A DNA stretch of 64,000 nucleotides from Phoronis australis (Eukaryota; Animalia; Phoronida). Positions 24,974 through 39,280 of this stretch are shown piece by piece (positions within the stretch are counted from its first letter, which is position 1; each line of letters begins with the position of its first letter). Under the pieces are notes generated by a model. The model did no database searches. It saw only the letters and a list, made by a program, of their open reading frames with translations, and was not told where the DNA came from. Position numbers and translations under genes: made by a program. The DNA lies in the NCBI GenBank assembly GCA_002633005.1, contig NMRA01000282.1, forward strand, positions 333,748-397,747, given 5' to 3'.

Positions 24974-25146
24974 GCTTTCAGTGCAGACTGTGCGGAAAGA
25001 CCGCGACTTTCAAGTCCAATTTGTATCGACATTTGAGAGCCGAGCACTTGGGCATTTGGCACAAATGTCCCTTCTGTCCTAAAGAGTTCAAACGGAAAGA
25101 GTACATCCAATGTCACCTAAGGAATTTCCACGGACATCAATGCTGA
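24974..25146 (+). CDS. ZnF alternative terminal exon 14
   Basis: cttgctgttgcag|gc; (G)FQCRLCGKTATFKSNLYRHLRAEHLGIWHKCPFCPKEFKRKEYIQCHLRNFHGHQC*. Confidence 0.9.
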
Positions 25147-26249
25147 GCTCCGCTTACCAAATGTGTCCTCGATTTGTTTTTAAGGACCCTGCAAGTTCTG
25201 ATTTCTTCACCCATTGAAAGTTTTGGTTTCCGCTTTCCAGTTGTTGTTCTGATTAATATTTCCAAGCTGTTTCTAACATTGCACACATTCAGTGTAAGTA
25301 GTTATGGTCTACTTGGAGGTTATGCCTTCCTCGTAATAGTAGTTGTCTGAATTTGGCAACTACAGATCTCTCCTGTTTGGAAGACTGCTTGCCTTAGTTG
25401 GACCTCTCTTGGTGTTGATTTCTTTCACTAACATTAAGGCTAAGTTTCTTATTCGTGATCGTTGTCGTCTGAATAAAACTTTTCCATTGAGGTTGTTGAA
25501 ACTGCATTCCAGCATTGTGTTGTAATGAACACAGTGTGGTGTAGAGTTTGGATCAGTGTGAACTCTTGCGGCACAAGATGAATGACGACGGAGTCTGTTG
25601 CCATTATAAGTAGAATCTGCGGGGGGGGGGGTAACTGTTGTTCACAAGTGCCATTTACTTCGTGGCGTTTAAAAGAGGCGACCTTTTTGGTATTGGCATA
25701 GATGTCTCATCTGTTCATAGAAGCTCAAACGCATTGCTAATCATCCCAAGCATTGCCATAGCAATTGGATCTGATTAAGCAGGTTTTGACAGATTTGTTC
25801 CACACCTGTCGAGTTGACAGCTCGTTATTATGAATATCTTCCAGTGCTGAAATTTTGGTGTCAATATCTGTTGTTTTGTTTTGTTTCTTTTGGCTTTGTG
25901 TACTGATGTTAAAGCCTCAATACACTTTATTTTCCTGCCTGTAAACACTGAGGTGAAGTACACCCCTTTCAATGCCAGTATCAGATTGGTTTAATCTTTT
26001 ACGTTATCTACTCTGGTTAGAAGTTAATTTCTAGGCTATCAGAGAATTGGCAAACCGTTGCTGCTGAAGAGTGATTTTTTTGTACCAAAGCAATGTGTCC
26101 GATTCCATTACCAAGCACTAGGTGGAGATACTTAGGGTTTAGGCCAATATTGTGATTATTACTTGGAATGCTCAGTCATTTGTCTATTGAAAAGAATTTC
26201 TGGATACGATTCTAAAATGGTTGGTGGCCTGATGGATGAGACTTAGAGA

Positions 26250-26592
26250 TACTTTGTCTCATTAAAACCGTGAATATTTAAATTTGTAGCAAGTGCCACC
26301 TTGTGACTTCCTGGAGAATCGTGTGTACAAGTATAATCAATTTGTAAATACAATGCAGTTTTAAATAAAACACCAGAACTGATGCACTTAAAAACAAGTG
26401 TGAACAAATACAAAACCCTAGTACTAGTAATTCTTAACATTACACAATCGTTATTTGATAATGAAATGAGCAAATAATAAAAACTGCTTTGTTTTAATTA
26501 GGGTAACGATGACATATTACCATACTCATTTACATGAAAACAATCTTGCAAAACGAGACTTTTGCAAGATTGTAATGGTAACTGGTTCTCTG
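26250..26592. repeat. Interspersed repeat of about 340 bp, with a direct copy at ~30543-30890
   Basis: tgtctcattaaaaccgtga...ttgtgacttcctggagaa...gattgtaatggtaactggttctc present at both sites. Confidence 0.85.
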
Positions 26593-26829
26593 ACAGTAAA
26601 TATTTTGAGCAGTATAGAAAATTGGTCAACCTACATTTATTTACAAGTCTTTTGTGTAGATGTTATCTGATGTTACTGAGGGATAAACATTCGTCCTAGC
26701 TCTGTGGAACCTACAACATGTGGTAAAGCAATGGGAAATTATTGCCAACATCACGCCATAGGCTTAGAAGGACCTTAGAAGGACGCATACCTTACAGTCC
26801 AGGCTCATACACACCTCTTATTATTGCAG

Positions 26830-27005
26830 GCTTTCTGTGTAGATTATGTGGGAAGACCGCAAATCAGAAGAGAAGTGTGTATCGGCACTTAAAAGCTGTG
26901 CACTTCGGCGTTTTGCACAAGTGCCCCGTCTGTCCCAAGATGTTCAAATGGAGAGAATCTATTCCTAAACATCTTACAATATTCCATGGCCACCACCAGA
27001 CTTGA
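26830..27005 (+). CDS. ZnF alternative terminal exon 15
   Basis: ctcttattattgcag|gc; (G)FLCRLCGKTANQKRSVYRHLKAVHFGVLHKCPVCPKMFKWRESIPKHLTIFHGHHQT*. About 170 bp of upstream intron is shared with exon 13. Confidence 0.9.
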
Positions 27006-27977
27006 CTTTCTGTATTATTTCACTGATATTACATATTCATGTTCACTGGTGTGCTGTCATTGCTGTGGCTTGAATTTTTTTGCTGTAGTTGGTGCAAAAC
27101 TGTCTTTTCATCCAGTCGGCAGCGACCTCTGCTGGACTTAACTGACTGATGTAGCAGGTTGATTTCTGTAGTTCTCAGTTCTGACTACAAAAATCAATTT
27201 CTAAGTTGCTAAAGGATTGCTTAATTAATTGTTCTGTAGCTTAGACTGTAGATAATTGATACGGATAGTTGTCAGCAGTAGTCGTGTTCTGTTGTGAATT
27301 CAAACCTTTTTGGCAGTATCTCCTTATTTTGTACAGTAACTGTGGTTATTATTTGATATTAAGCTGTTCACATATTTTATATTTCTGATAATTGTAGCTT
27401 TTTAAGACTATGTATTGTCAAATAAAAATATTGGTCTACTTTTGACACTTTTTGAATATTCTGTGACCTAATTTAATCATCACCACACAACACATTCAAT
27501 AAAAGACATTACTGGAAATGGAGTAAAACCCCAGAGTGAGAGGTGGGGGGGGGGGGGGGGNGGTGTATTGCCTTAGTGTGGGTACATCTTGCTAAGATGG
27601 GTGACTATAGTCTTTTCTTCCAGGTTTCCTTGTGAAGTTCGTTGGAAAACCAGGTGTGTTGTTCGACAAAATTTCCTATCCAAGGATACCATTTGCGATT
27701 TAATTCCCTACAAAATCATGCCTTGTGCGATATTTTACAAAAGGTACTATTTTTCTTCCACAAAATCTGCTGAAGGGTTTTTAGTGTTATATATATTGGT
27801 TTCAAAAGACCTCGCTTATTTTTGACAATGTACCACATCAAATGGCTCTGTTTCATGTAACTGGTTAAAAGATAACTTTCCTAGAATCTCTTTCGAGGGG
27901 TTCAGTCTATGGTATTGTCCCTACGAAATGGTAATATTTATGGACCAAAACCCCATGAAAGGGTGACTTCTTGGAAT

Positions 27978-28372
27978 CGCCCTTCAAATGGGACTCTCTT
28001 TATTTGTGTCTAGACGCTCTCACTCTCTGAAGAGTTCTTTTGCAAGAAAATCCCAGTCGCCCTTCAAATGGGGCTCTCTTTATTTGTGTCTAGACGCTCT
28101 CACTCTCTGAAGAGTTCTTTTGCAAGAAAATCCCAGTCTCCCTTCAAATGGGACTCTCTTTGTGTCTGAACGCTCTCACTCTCTGAAGAGTTCTTTTGCA
28201 AGAAAATCCCAGTCGCCCTTCAAATGGGGCTCTCTTTGTTTGTGTCTAGACGCTCTCACTTTCTGAAGAGTTCTTTTGCAAGAAAATCCCAGTCGCCCTT
28301 CAAATGGGACTCTCTTTATTTGTGTCTAGACGCTGTCACTCTCTGAAGAGTTTTTTTGCAAGAAAATTCCAG
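27978..28372. repeat. 80 bp tandem repeat x5
   Basis: ccttcaaatggg recurs at 27981, 28061, 28141, 28217 and 28297. Confidence 0.95.
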
Positions 28373-29689
28373 ATGGGAAAAATGCAAAAGGACATTTAGT
28401 GTTGAATGTAAGACCCAAAAAGGTCCGAATTTGGCTAAGTTCAGAACATCGCATGTCAGAAATGAATAATCAGGAATTGTGCATGAGGGACTATCAAAAA
28501 CGGAGGCTTTTGCATTTTTAGGAAAGACTCAAAAGTTGTATAATCGAAAACTAAATGATGATTCAGTGACTAACACCGATTTTAGGATTTCATCTTGACC
28601 ATTTATCAAACGAAATTTGGTCATGCTATTGATAGTGCTGTTTTGCTTTGAATGTATGTGTAATATTGAAAGATCACATTGGGTCTATTATGCTTGACAT
28701 CACAATTATCTATTGGTTTAAAAACAAATTTCTTTGTGTGCTGGATAGCAAGGCACCTGAATTAGACAAGTGGTCTCAGAGGGCCCTTTTCATTGCTTAT
28801 AAGGTTATAGATCCAACTGTAATTCAGTGTAGGGTTCAGTTACACTTCTTTGCTGATAAATCCATCCTGTTTCACGCTGCTGTTGAATAATGTCAACTAT
28901 GCATATGGGGTTAAAATTTTGTGCTCTTGTTTAAGCATTCCATTGAACTTTTTCTCAGGTCATTTATGAAAACTATAGCAATCAACTCACTTATCAATTT
29001 TGAAAATAATGAAATAAACAAATTGACTACAAGAGCGCTGCAATTGATTTTTATCGTCAAAAGTGATTGATAAGTAATCACTCAATTTAGGAAGAGCTGA
29101 CCAAAGCTGTCAAAATTGCATTTTGTTTCTTTCTCTCTCTTGGTGATGCTCTGGTTGGGTCTTTTAGTTTATGGAAATTGTTTTCTGTCATGGTGTGAAG
29201 TAGGCTTGAGAGGTATCGTCTGGATGGCAGGCTAAAAGCCTGGTTTAATTTTAGTTAGTGTTTTTAGCCGAGTACAAAAGAAATGTTCCCTTACACCATG
29301 GTCACAGATCGAGCTATGCCCGGTCGATGTCGTTGATCGAGTTACATCTCGATACCTAGAGTAGTTGGCCAATTGTTTATCAGATTAATTTCACTAAATG
29401 GTGATTTTTAACGCCAACTGTCGTCCAATATGACCATTTTTCTGGCACCGCCTTGTCGGTTCGGCATTACTGAGAAGCTTTATGTGACTGCGGCACAAAC
29501 TGTGCACTAGTTATGTATTTCCATTCTTCCAAACAATGCGGAAAATACCCAGAGGCCCAGAAGCCTTTTGCTGATCACTGAAATGCAGTGTGCTTATCAC
29601 AGCAAAAAATTCTGCATGCCTTTGCCACTTAACCTGTCTTAAGTTTGCTGAGAGTGATCTGATTTTCCTATTTTATTCTTGTCTTGCAG

Positions 29690-29946
29690 GGTCGTATAAG
29701 TGCACAATTTGCGGGAAAATCACATCACTCCAACACAATGCGATCCGCCATATAAAAGCCGAACACTTTGGCGTGCGTTTCCATTGTCCCGTCTGCTCCA
29801 GAAGTTTTAAGTGGCAGACGAACGTGAACACACACGTGAGAAATGCTCATTTGAAAGTGGCTGGCTTGGGAGATTTCGCTATCGTCCGCGGCGAGTTGGT
29901 CAGGCGCCCTGACAAGCGGATGTTAGGACCTCCAAATAACCCGTAA
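29690..29946 (+). CDS. ZnF alternative terminal exon 16 (with C-terminal extension)
   Basis: ttcttgtcttgcag|gg; (G)SYKCTICGKITSLQHNAIRHIKAEHFGVRFHCPVCSRSFKWQTNVNTHVRNAHLKVAGLGDFAIVRGELVRRPDKRMLGPPNNP*. Confidence 0.9.
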
Positions 29947-32900
29947 AAGCATGATGCCCTTTCTTGGTGATTACTGAGGTCAAAAAACTTTTGAATTAGA
30001 CCACCTACAAAAATTGAGCTGGTTTCTTGCTGAGGTTCGCACTGATTTCTGTGCTTCAGGATTATCGATATATACAACAATTCTCTAGTTATTTCGCACA
30101 AAAATAATTGTCAAAATTTCTGTTTGAAAGGCTGATTACTTTGCTGCAAGTTGTAGTGTTGTTTAGTGACATCTGCACTCTAGAAACTGAGCTTCCAAGT
30201 GACTAACATTTTCTTAATGTCAATTACTGTTGAGAAATTTTGTAAAATAAAATTTCCCTTGTCTGCCGCATTGTGTGCTTTATGTGTGAAGAGTTACTTT
30301 ATATATTATTTGGGACTAATTCTAATAGTTTGCCACCACCGGTATCGCAATTTAATTACTGGAGTCATGTGACTGGGCAGGGTGGGGAATAGGTTGTTAT
30401 CCTGTCCAGGCACTAGGTGGAGTTGCTACTTCTCGTTGCTTTGTTGTATTATTGTAAATAGGTTGTGTACATTTATGTTCCTTGTTAATTGAAATCATGG
30501 AAATGTCATCACTTATGTTATTATTGCGGGATTAAAGATGCTATGTCTCATTAAAACCGTGATTTTTTAAATTTGTAGCAAGCACGGCCTTGTGACTTCC
30601 TGGAGAACTGTGTGTACATGTATAATAGGGAAAAGAATTAACTTGTAACTGAATTGCAGTTTTGAAGAAAACACCACAACTGATACACCTAAAAACAATT
30701 GTAAACGTAGAGAAAACCCTAGTTATTCCAAATATTATGCAATTGTTATTTGATTGTGAAATGAACAAATAATAAAAACTGTGCCTTGCTTCAGTAGGGT
30801 AACAATGTCACATTAACGTACTCATTTACATTAAAATAGTCAATAGTCTCCCAAAACGAAACTTGCGAGATTGTAATGGTAACTGGTTCTCGGATGGTTT
30901 CTGGCACACTGGAACAACGGGGGTTGTTTGTACAGGTAGTACTTCCTGTGCATATTCACAATTTATTAAGACATAGCATCTTTAAATTGTGCCAATCCTG
31001 ATAAGATTTGTCGTCATGATTACCCCAGGTGTCTGTTTCATGAAAAGCAACTGAAGTCAGAAATTTAGTCTCGTGCTCCAAGTGACTATTCCTGAATAAT
31101 TATGATATCTCGCTTGAACAAAAAATGCAGTCTCTGAGAAGATACATAATAACTGCTAGTTACTGAGATTGTTTCTGTAACTTATTTCTAGACTGTGATG
31201 CACTAATAATCAGTTTGCTAAATCTTTTTTCAGCAACTGCAAATTGGAAGCATAAGACCAAATTTCTTATTTAAGTCTTTTAAGAGTCCCTTTAAGAAGT
31301 CACTTTTCTAAAACAGACCCCTGAGATGAACCCCTTTGTTATCGATCAAGTGTTTTCCTAAACTTAAACCTCATGCAGTGGTCCATGTTTTGGGGTAGAA
31401 TCCTTCATTTTGGGATTTTTTGCTCCTAATTACACATTCTTACAACGTGGACCAAATGGAGGTCATATTCCAAAATGGTCGCAGTGTACATGCTTCATAA
31501 AAAGATCTTTACCGAAACAACTGGATAAAATATTCCTTTATTCTGTTGTCTGAACTTTGACCTGTGTCTTGCACAGGTCTGATGCTTGCCACAAGGCCTG
31601 GACCTCTTGTCACAGTGTCAGACTATCTAAGGTGTAGTGTTTGTGCCTTCTGGTTCAAATCGAAGACAGTGTCGTAACATTGTTGAAAAAATTAGTTATG
31701 AATTCATAATAGGGTGTAATTGTGTGTTGTAGCTGTTTGTTCTGAAATCAATGGTGCTTTTGTGTCAGTACTGCTATTTAATAAACAATATCACTGTACA
31801 AAGTTCTTTTCAAAGTTGAATCCAGTTTCAACTGACAACATTTCAACTCTCTCTCGTTGAGTGCTCGGAACTTCTGTCGTCTATGAGTAGCCAGGGCGTG
31901 TAAGGCCTCATTCTTTTTGGGGGCAATTATGAAAGAATTTGCCAGGTGGCACTGTTGAAAGTAAGGGAAGTTAATGAATCACTGTTAATCAGCCTTAGGC
32001 TGTACCATTTGCTAGTTATAATTATGCAGTGGAAGACTACGAACCAACGACAGAAATTTGTAATGGTTACAAGCTGATTTCGCTTCACCCAATGCATACC
32101 ACATTCGTCCTGGCCAATATCCATGTTTGACTAAATTATTTCCTATCTAGCAGTTATGTAGATATTCTCAGAGTCTGCGCTTTTGCTCTAGTGAGATTTA
32201 ATTTTTTTCAGATTTTTGACCAACTGAAGTCAGTATTCTATATATTATTTACTTAAGACTTGCATGTAAAGTAGCTTGCATATTTTTTCATTGACTAACC
32301 TCAAAAATGAAAGAAGACAATTTTAGCATTCCTCATTTTTGTCCAAAATTGGTGAGCTGTCAAGTCGAGAAAAATATGAGATGGCCCTAAGTTACACTCA
32401 AGCATTCAATCACTGTGTTCTGCCCAACTCCGTGAAAAAACCATTCCTACACTTAGCAACATTACCCAAGCGTGTGACTTTGATACTCTCTTGGCCTTTG
32501 AACTGACGATTGGCAAATGCAATTTTTACCTGTGCAGCTCTTGCCTAAGTAATAATGACATTAGTAAAACTCTGGGGTTCTTTTAGAATATTTACCGAAA
32601 TTCATCAAGTCATTAAAGGGACATCTTTGTTTTTTAACAACTGAAAAACATATTTTTGGTATTATTTTGGATGGGCAGTCTTTTTGAAGTTTTAAGCCGT
32701 GACCAGAGCTATAAAACAACAAAACATGTTGTGTTTTTGTGGTTTTATTACAAATCTACAATTCTTGCTGAACAAAAGGCCGGAGACTTTACCAGATAAA
32801 TGTGGGTAAAATGCTCTGCCATTTTTCAATTGTGTTTTAGTTCTGCCTGTAGAGTGTTAGACTGTGACCAGGGGGTGTTGCAGGTTCAGCTCTGGACTGA

Positions 32901-33492
32901 AGAATCTAAAAAAGCTTTTATTTCCGATAATGTCTGTTTTAATTTATACTTAAAGCCTAACTTCACCAAAATTTTGTTATTTTAGGTTTATTGGGTTAAC
33001 TAGGTAGTTATAGCAAAGCCCTAGCAAAATTAGAAAGCGCTAGTTTAATCTGGCAAATGTAGGCCTGTCAAAAGATAGGTGAAGCTGTCTTTATGTGCCT
33101 GTATTGCATCACCATGAGATCCCAGCACAAAGAACAGAAGGCTGATAACAGCTACAGTATTGAATAGGGGTCTGAATAGAACGTCATTGGGTGTGGGTGT
33201 TATTCACAGCTGTTTGAATTAATTAAAGGCCAGATTTTCCTGTTGACATAGACAAAAGCCAACCAATATGCCTAACAGTTCCATACATTTGACAATTTAT
33301 GGAACTAGTGGGTTCAGAGCAATGCTCTTAAAATACTGTGGGAACCTAATTTACAATTGTTACTGTTCATGATAGGCTTTAAATCTCTTCTTCGTGAGTT
33401 TGGTAAATGGAAAGGGTACTTGTTAGACAAGTGAAAACAGTTTTTGTTCTGGACTTTACTCCCTACAACAGTGACATCTCTTCTCCTTTCAG

Positions 33493-33665
33493 GCTTCAGG
33501 TGTGGCCTGTGTGGGAAACGGGCCAACATTAAATCCAACCTTCGTCGTCACATTAAAGCAGCCCATATCGGCGCACAGTTTAAATGCCCCTTGTGTCCGC
33601 AAAGTTTCGACTGGGCGACAGAAACCAAGCGTCATATGAAGTCCTTCCACAAAATTTCTAGCTGA
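33493..33665 (+). CDS. ZnF alternative terminal exon 17
   Basis: cttctcctttcag|gc; (G)FRCGLCGKRANIKSNLRRHIKAAHIGAQFKCPLCPQSFDWATETKRHMKSFHKISS*. Confidence 0.9.
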
Positions 33666-34763
33666 TTGAAGTGAGATCTTGTGTTTTGGTTGTTTTTTGT
33701 CTGTTTGTAGAACTGCGATACCTTGTTTGAGTACGTTTAATCTGTGGAGTTATCTAAAGAAATTGCTAGCTATATTTAATGCCGTTTAGAGTTAACCCTT
33801 AAGATTTATGGTTAAGCAGTCAAAATGGACTATGAACAATTCTACAATAATATTTTTGTTACTTCCTCTTAATAAATGTTTCCACTTTTTTAAGTCTGAA
33901 CTAGGCTGCCTACTCTGGTTACGGTTCATCTTACTACGGCTAGGGTGCATTCTAAGTCATGGACTGAAACGAGCGTACACTGACTGGCAAAATGGCAGTC
34001 ACTCAAATGTGTGGTCATCAAAGCTGGAACATTGTCTTATGGGAGAAAATTGATGGTTTTCGTTACATAAGAGAAGATTTCTAGTTGCAAATTTTTGTTT
34101 ATGTCTTGCATTAACAAAATGTAGGTCCTGTGCCACCCATGAATTTTATAATATATTGATAATAAAGTCCAGGAGGTGTCTGTTGGACTGAATGTCTTGG
34201 GTTAGGAAGTGCTATTCTGTATGATCTGTTATTACTACAAGTTTGCAACTGTTGGAAACCCTATTCTTGTAGCTTCTTCTAAAAATCCCAATACAGTTTT
34301 GGTTGCAGCAAATGCCGCCATAAACTGGTCTTTCTTGACATAGTGGTCACTAGAATTTAGTGACATTGGATAAGGTGTGAAGTTTGGTGAAGCTGGGTAT
34401 GTTTATTCTAATCCCCTGACTGAACCTTCCTGTTCTGGTTGGCAGCTATCAGTCATTAAAATCTCTCAGTGCATCATTCCGAAATGCCATAGAAAGGTTG
34501 TTAAACTATTGTCTTAACTTCATTTCTAAAATCTAGTAGTTTCTTTACACCAGTCTTTCACTTACGTGACAGAAAAATTTGTCAATTTGAAATTCGCGAT
34601 TATCGCTCGATCATTGAGCAGTCTGCGCAAGACTTGAAGTGCCCTTACTCCTCTGATTAGTGATTTATCAGTTTTAAGGGGACAGAAGTAAACCCCTATG
34701 AATATGGTAATGTTAGTTCGAGGGCCGTTTATCAACTTTGATGGCCTATTTTTATTGTTGCAG

Positions 34764-34936
34764 GATTTTGGGAGTGTGGGCTGTGTAGCCGGAAACTGAA
34801 TGACCGGTCAAATATGCGATGCCACATTCGCGTGGACCATCTCAAAATTCCCTTTTACTGCCCCTACTGTGACGAACCTTTCAAATGGAGTAAATGTAGA
34901 CGGGACCATATCAAAAACTATCACCATTTGTCGTAA
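34764..34936 (+). CDS. ZnF alternative terminal exon 18
   Basis: tttattgttgcag|ga; (G)FWECGLCSRKLNDRSNMRCHIRVDHLKIPFYCPYCDEPFKWSKCRRDHIKNYHHLS*. Not in the ORF track. Confidence 0.88.
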
Positions 34937-36845
34937 AACACTGACTGTTGCGTTGGCACAGACTACGTAATCACGTGGTTGATAAAACGTGGCTATTGAG
35001 TGATCTTGTATTCTAGTATTTGTCGTGAGTTGGTAACAAATGGTTTAAAATTTTTATTAAAGCCGCGGAAGTGATGATTGTCAACTTGATTATGAAGTCA
35101 GTGGTATTTGCAAGTGCGTTGGCCCAGGGTCAAACTGCGTCACCTGTTTGTAGGTGTAAGAACTGGTCCAGTAATACTTCACATATTTCACACAAAAATA
35201 ATTGACCAATATTGTCCTTTTTCTATGTTTCAAAGACTGATTACTTTACAGGAAGCAATGTACGTCTGCACAGTACGAACGGTGTTACTAGTAGAATTAA
35301 ATTTTCTTGTAGTCCTTATTTTTGTGGAGAAATTTGACAGAATTATTGGCTGTCGGTTGATATTGTACGACTTATTATGTTGTTGGCTGAATTTGGCGCC
35401 AATATAATAGCCTTGTGCTTAAAGTCAACCTATGTCACTAGACGACAATAAAGTATTTTGATGGTGAATGCCCAGCGTCACTTACCTTTGTCTAAGTTAG
35501 ATATTTAAAACAATGAGATTTCCCTTTTTAAAATTTTTTCAATCATCACGCTGTCATTGTTGTTTGTTGGGATATAATTCTGCGCGTCGAACATGACAAA
35601 GTACGCTGGAAATTGAGCGATAGAAATTGTGTTTCTACATCAGTGTTGTTTTTGGGGTGTTGCGGCGAGTATTTCCCCCTAGCCCTATGACCTAGATCCA
35701 GCTCATCCGGCTTTTTCATTTTGAAATCTTGGCAACTATACATTAGTTAGCATAGCAGTGTAGCACTACACCTCACTGGATTTGGTTAGTGACTCTGAAT
35801 AGACTTCTTGAGCTGATAAGAAGTTAATGAGCTTCAAACATTTTCCTAGAGCCTGCCCTAATGTATAGGAGTAGTTAATCCTGCCATTATGTTATCTGCC
35901 TGCACTACCAAGTGGACCAGTCACCACATCCCAAAATGTCCTCAATGAATCATCTGGTATCTGTTGGGCATTTTCTAATAGCCAGCGCACTTTAATTCTC
36001 AGAATACTATGACGCCATATCTGATTCTGCCGCATTTACTCTAGCACTGTTGCTGTGCTAAATCACTATAGTGATTGGTTTTTGCTTTTGTAATTCTGGT
36101 GACAGTTAGATTTTACCATATAGTGATTTTCAATACATGCCGACATCAAAATTTTGAAAATCTTATGACCAACTAACGTGTGTTGACGGCCCTACATTTC
36201 AGTAAACTATTTTCCACCAATAAAACCATGGTAATGAACACATTCGTCAGATATGAGAAACCTAGTACAAGTAAAAATTGACCATAAGATGGTTATCCTC
36301 TGTGTGCCGTTGGAGTTTGCCCGTTGAATTCAGTCCTGCTGCTTGGCTGCGTGGTAATCTATGTAATCCTTTATGACACCTCATTTTATGTTATTATATT
36401 TTTATTAATATACTATTTACAATGAGGGTATCCCCATCAGTTCACACTGCTTTCCATTGTGTCATAAAGGTATGTGCCTGTTGACTGTTAGCAGCCCTGA
36501 GCCAGCTCACTTAGGCTCTGTATTGTGTCAGCAGGGAATGGGGTTATTGAAACTTGTGCTTCAGTTCACAAAGTTAATTTGGTTTTGGCTTGAATTTTCA
36601 CCTACACTAGGTCAGTCATGACTGTTGAAACATAACGCATGAATGATGTCTTGAAGTATGACCTTCGGTTCTTCCAGCCCCTTCTCCCTTTAATTGAGTC
36701 CACATCAAATAATTGGAGCTGTCTACCTTTAAAAATTGTCTGTCTTGTCAAAAAAAGTTCTTTCTGGCATGAAGGGGTCTTTAACAGCGTTAATTGTTGT
36801 GTTACTTCTTGTAAAAAATCTGACAACCGGCTTTTATTGTTACAG

Positions 36846-37015
36846 GAGGTTGGCAGTGCGGCCTGTGTGGTCGACAAATAAGTGACCGGTCAAATCTGCG
36901 ACGGCACATTCGTGTGGACCATCTACAAATTCCTTTTAACTGCCCCTACTGCGGCAGAGCTTTTAAATGGAGTCACGATGTCAAAAAGCACATCAAAGAC
37001 TTCCACCACTTGTAG
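36846..37015 (+). CDS. ZnF alternative terminal exon 19
   Basis: ttttattgttacag|ga; (G)GWQCGLCGRQISDRSNLRRHIRVDHLQIPFNCPYCGRAFKWSHDVKKHIKDFHHL*. Paralog of exon 18; not in the ORF track. Confidence 0.9.
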
Positions 37016-38620
37016 TCTGAACTGGGGAAGCATTTCACTGTAGTGTAGTTGACAGTTCACATATTTTAGTCATTTATTGTAGTCATTTCTTTCGCTGGTA
37101 TAAGCTGAGTTTGGATCTAACACTGCATTAAGTGTGTATTTTTTGTTATGATGCATGGTGTGAACATCCCTTTTAAAGGAGCCTGACCAGTTCTATCCAC
37201 ATTCTAGTCTCACTAGGGGACTAGTCATCAATAGAGTGACTCTGTTCTCTGGTCACATAGTGAGGGTAATTACTGTTTCTTATTGGATGATATCTAAATA
37301 GAAGGTTTGAAAGCATACAGGCTCTTCCTCTTGTTTTCCATTTTCGTTTTGGGACATGAAAACTATATGGAAAGTATGAAATCTGGATAGAGAAGTAAAA
37401 ATTAGACAATGTTGGTTCTTGAATTTTCAAAAATTGGTCAAGTAAGAACAATTTTGTCAACAAAAACCCAAGCCCTCAGGGCATGACTTATCAGCTAATT
37501 ATACGATCACTTACTCACAATAGAAGCTGTGCCTGAAAGAATGTGGAAAAATGGTCCTTATAAAATGATTCTCCTTTAAAATGCATGTTCCAGACATGAC
37601 AGTTTAGTTATGGTTAACCATAATTAAACTGCATTGTTTTAGTGTTATGTTACATGTTTTGAGTTTGATTAAACAGGAAGTAAGATAGCTATGTGAGAAT
37701 GTTGTAACTTTGTTTATTTGCATGCAACAAAAACATTAAAAAGACCAAGCATATTTTAATCAATGAAGAAATATTAATCATTTCCATCTTTTGCCATCTG
37801 GTGTCAGTAGCAATTGAAACTAGTGACAGTCGAGGGCAAGCACCGAGTATTCAAAACATTGTCTGATAGTTATTTTGGTAGGAATTTTAATGTAAGATAG
37901 CATTTCTTTGGTACTACTTAATATATTTTGTTAGAAAATAAAGAAAACATTTTGTCCACCATATTATGTTCTAAATTGGTGATTTTACTGATGGTTATTT
38001 TCTTTAATGATTGTTGGTTTGAAATTTATTAAATTGATCTTCCCAAGGGAGGCTTCAGATTCTTGACTTAATGTGATGTTTGAATTGTACTTTTGCCTGT
38101 CAGTTTTCATGTTTCACTCATTGATATCCTACCAGTCACTTTCAAAACACTTCTAAGATGCAAATTCTTTGCAGAAAGCATTCTATTTGCCTTATGTACA
38201 TACTGTTTATACTTTGTTTGAAAAAAGTCACCTGTCCTGATGGAGTAACTGAACCCTAGATCTCTCCAAATACTCTGCCCAGCACTACTGAGCTGTTGAC
38301 AGCATGCTGGGAACAGGTGCTACACTTTCCTTTATATTATATCTGGCCTGGCTGCTAGGTCCAGTTATGCAATGATGGTAAACATAAATATCACCCTTGG
38401 GTAATTTGTTTACAGTTTAAGTGTACAATGATGAAGAATCTTTGTGGAACTGTGCTTTACTTTTTCACCAGAACTTACTTTAAACACTTGATGGTACGGT
38501 GCTCAACCGTCATCTTCAATTGGTCTTCTACTGTCCTTAATGGCTTAGTCTCTAAACCAAGACCATCTCTCTAGTAAGCGGCACAACAGAGTTGATCAGG
38601 CTGTGTCTGATGGTTGTTGA

Positions 38621-38997
38621 TGCCGGGAATTTCCTTAGATAAGCCCATAGGCGTATATTCGGAAATGAACATTTTCAGGCGTTTTAGCAGTGCCAAATAA
38701 ACGCCTGGGCGTTTATTCGGAAAAAGGGGCGTGTAAACGGAAACCCATATTTTTGCTTGACTTCACACTATTTTACATAAAACTGTGTTTTTAGATTTTA
38801 TGTTTATGCGTAGGTCGCCAACACCTTGTTCGTTTTTATAAATGCTCCACGAAACTAAATTTGTGACAAAAAGTTGACGCTGGGTGTGCTTTTAGGAGGA
38901 AACTTTCCAAATAAACGTCCCACTGTCTAGAACTTTTTCTGAATAAATGCCCATGGGCGTTTCATTGGGTGGGCTTATCTACGGAAAACCCCGATAG
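38621..38997. mobile_element. MITE with terminal inverted repeats (pogo/Tigger-like)
   Basis: ccgggaatttccttagataagccc at the left end versus gggcttatctacggaaaaccccga at the right; internal ataaacgcc/gggcgtttatt subrepeats. Confidence 0.6.
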
Positions 38998-39191
38998 TAT
39001 GGCTGCAGGTGCTCCATCCAAATCCAACAAGGTGCCTGTTCAGCTTCGGTGGCCACATCAAGTAGGAGAGCCTTCTTTCCTGACAGCGAGATGCCAAGAG
39101 ACCTAGCCGTGGTAGTGACTGAGCTGGCTTGAAAACCCCGGCAGCCAACCTCAATTGGGCTTTATTTGCCACTGTGTAATTGAAGTGTGTC

Positions 39192-39280
39192 CCCTGTTCC
39201 TGGCAGCTGGTCTTGATAGCTCAGTGGTCAGTGTGCCCAGCTAGTGTTCGGGTCATCTCCAGTTTGATTACTGGGTTGTT
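39192..39280 (+). repeat. tRNA-derived (SINE-like) repeat, with an inverted copy at ~38230-38318
   Basis: A-box-like tagctcagtgg and degenerate B-box gtttgattac; cctgttcc...agctcagt shared with the reverse complement of the 38.3 kb site. Too degenerate to be a tRNA. Confidence 0.4.

Noticed and set aside
31560-31680. Possible ZnF exon relic (gcacag|gtctgatg...tgtagtgtttgtgccttctggttcaaa)
   Set aside because: Only a CSVC..FK fragment; too decayed to support.
39205-39280. tRNA gene
   Set aside because: Has an A-box-like motif but a degenerate B-box and no convincing cloverleaf; treated as SINE-like.
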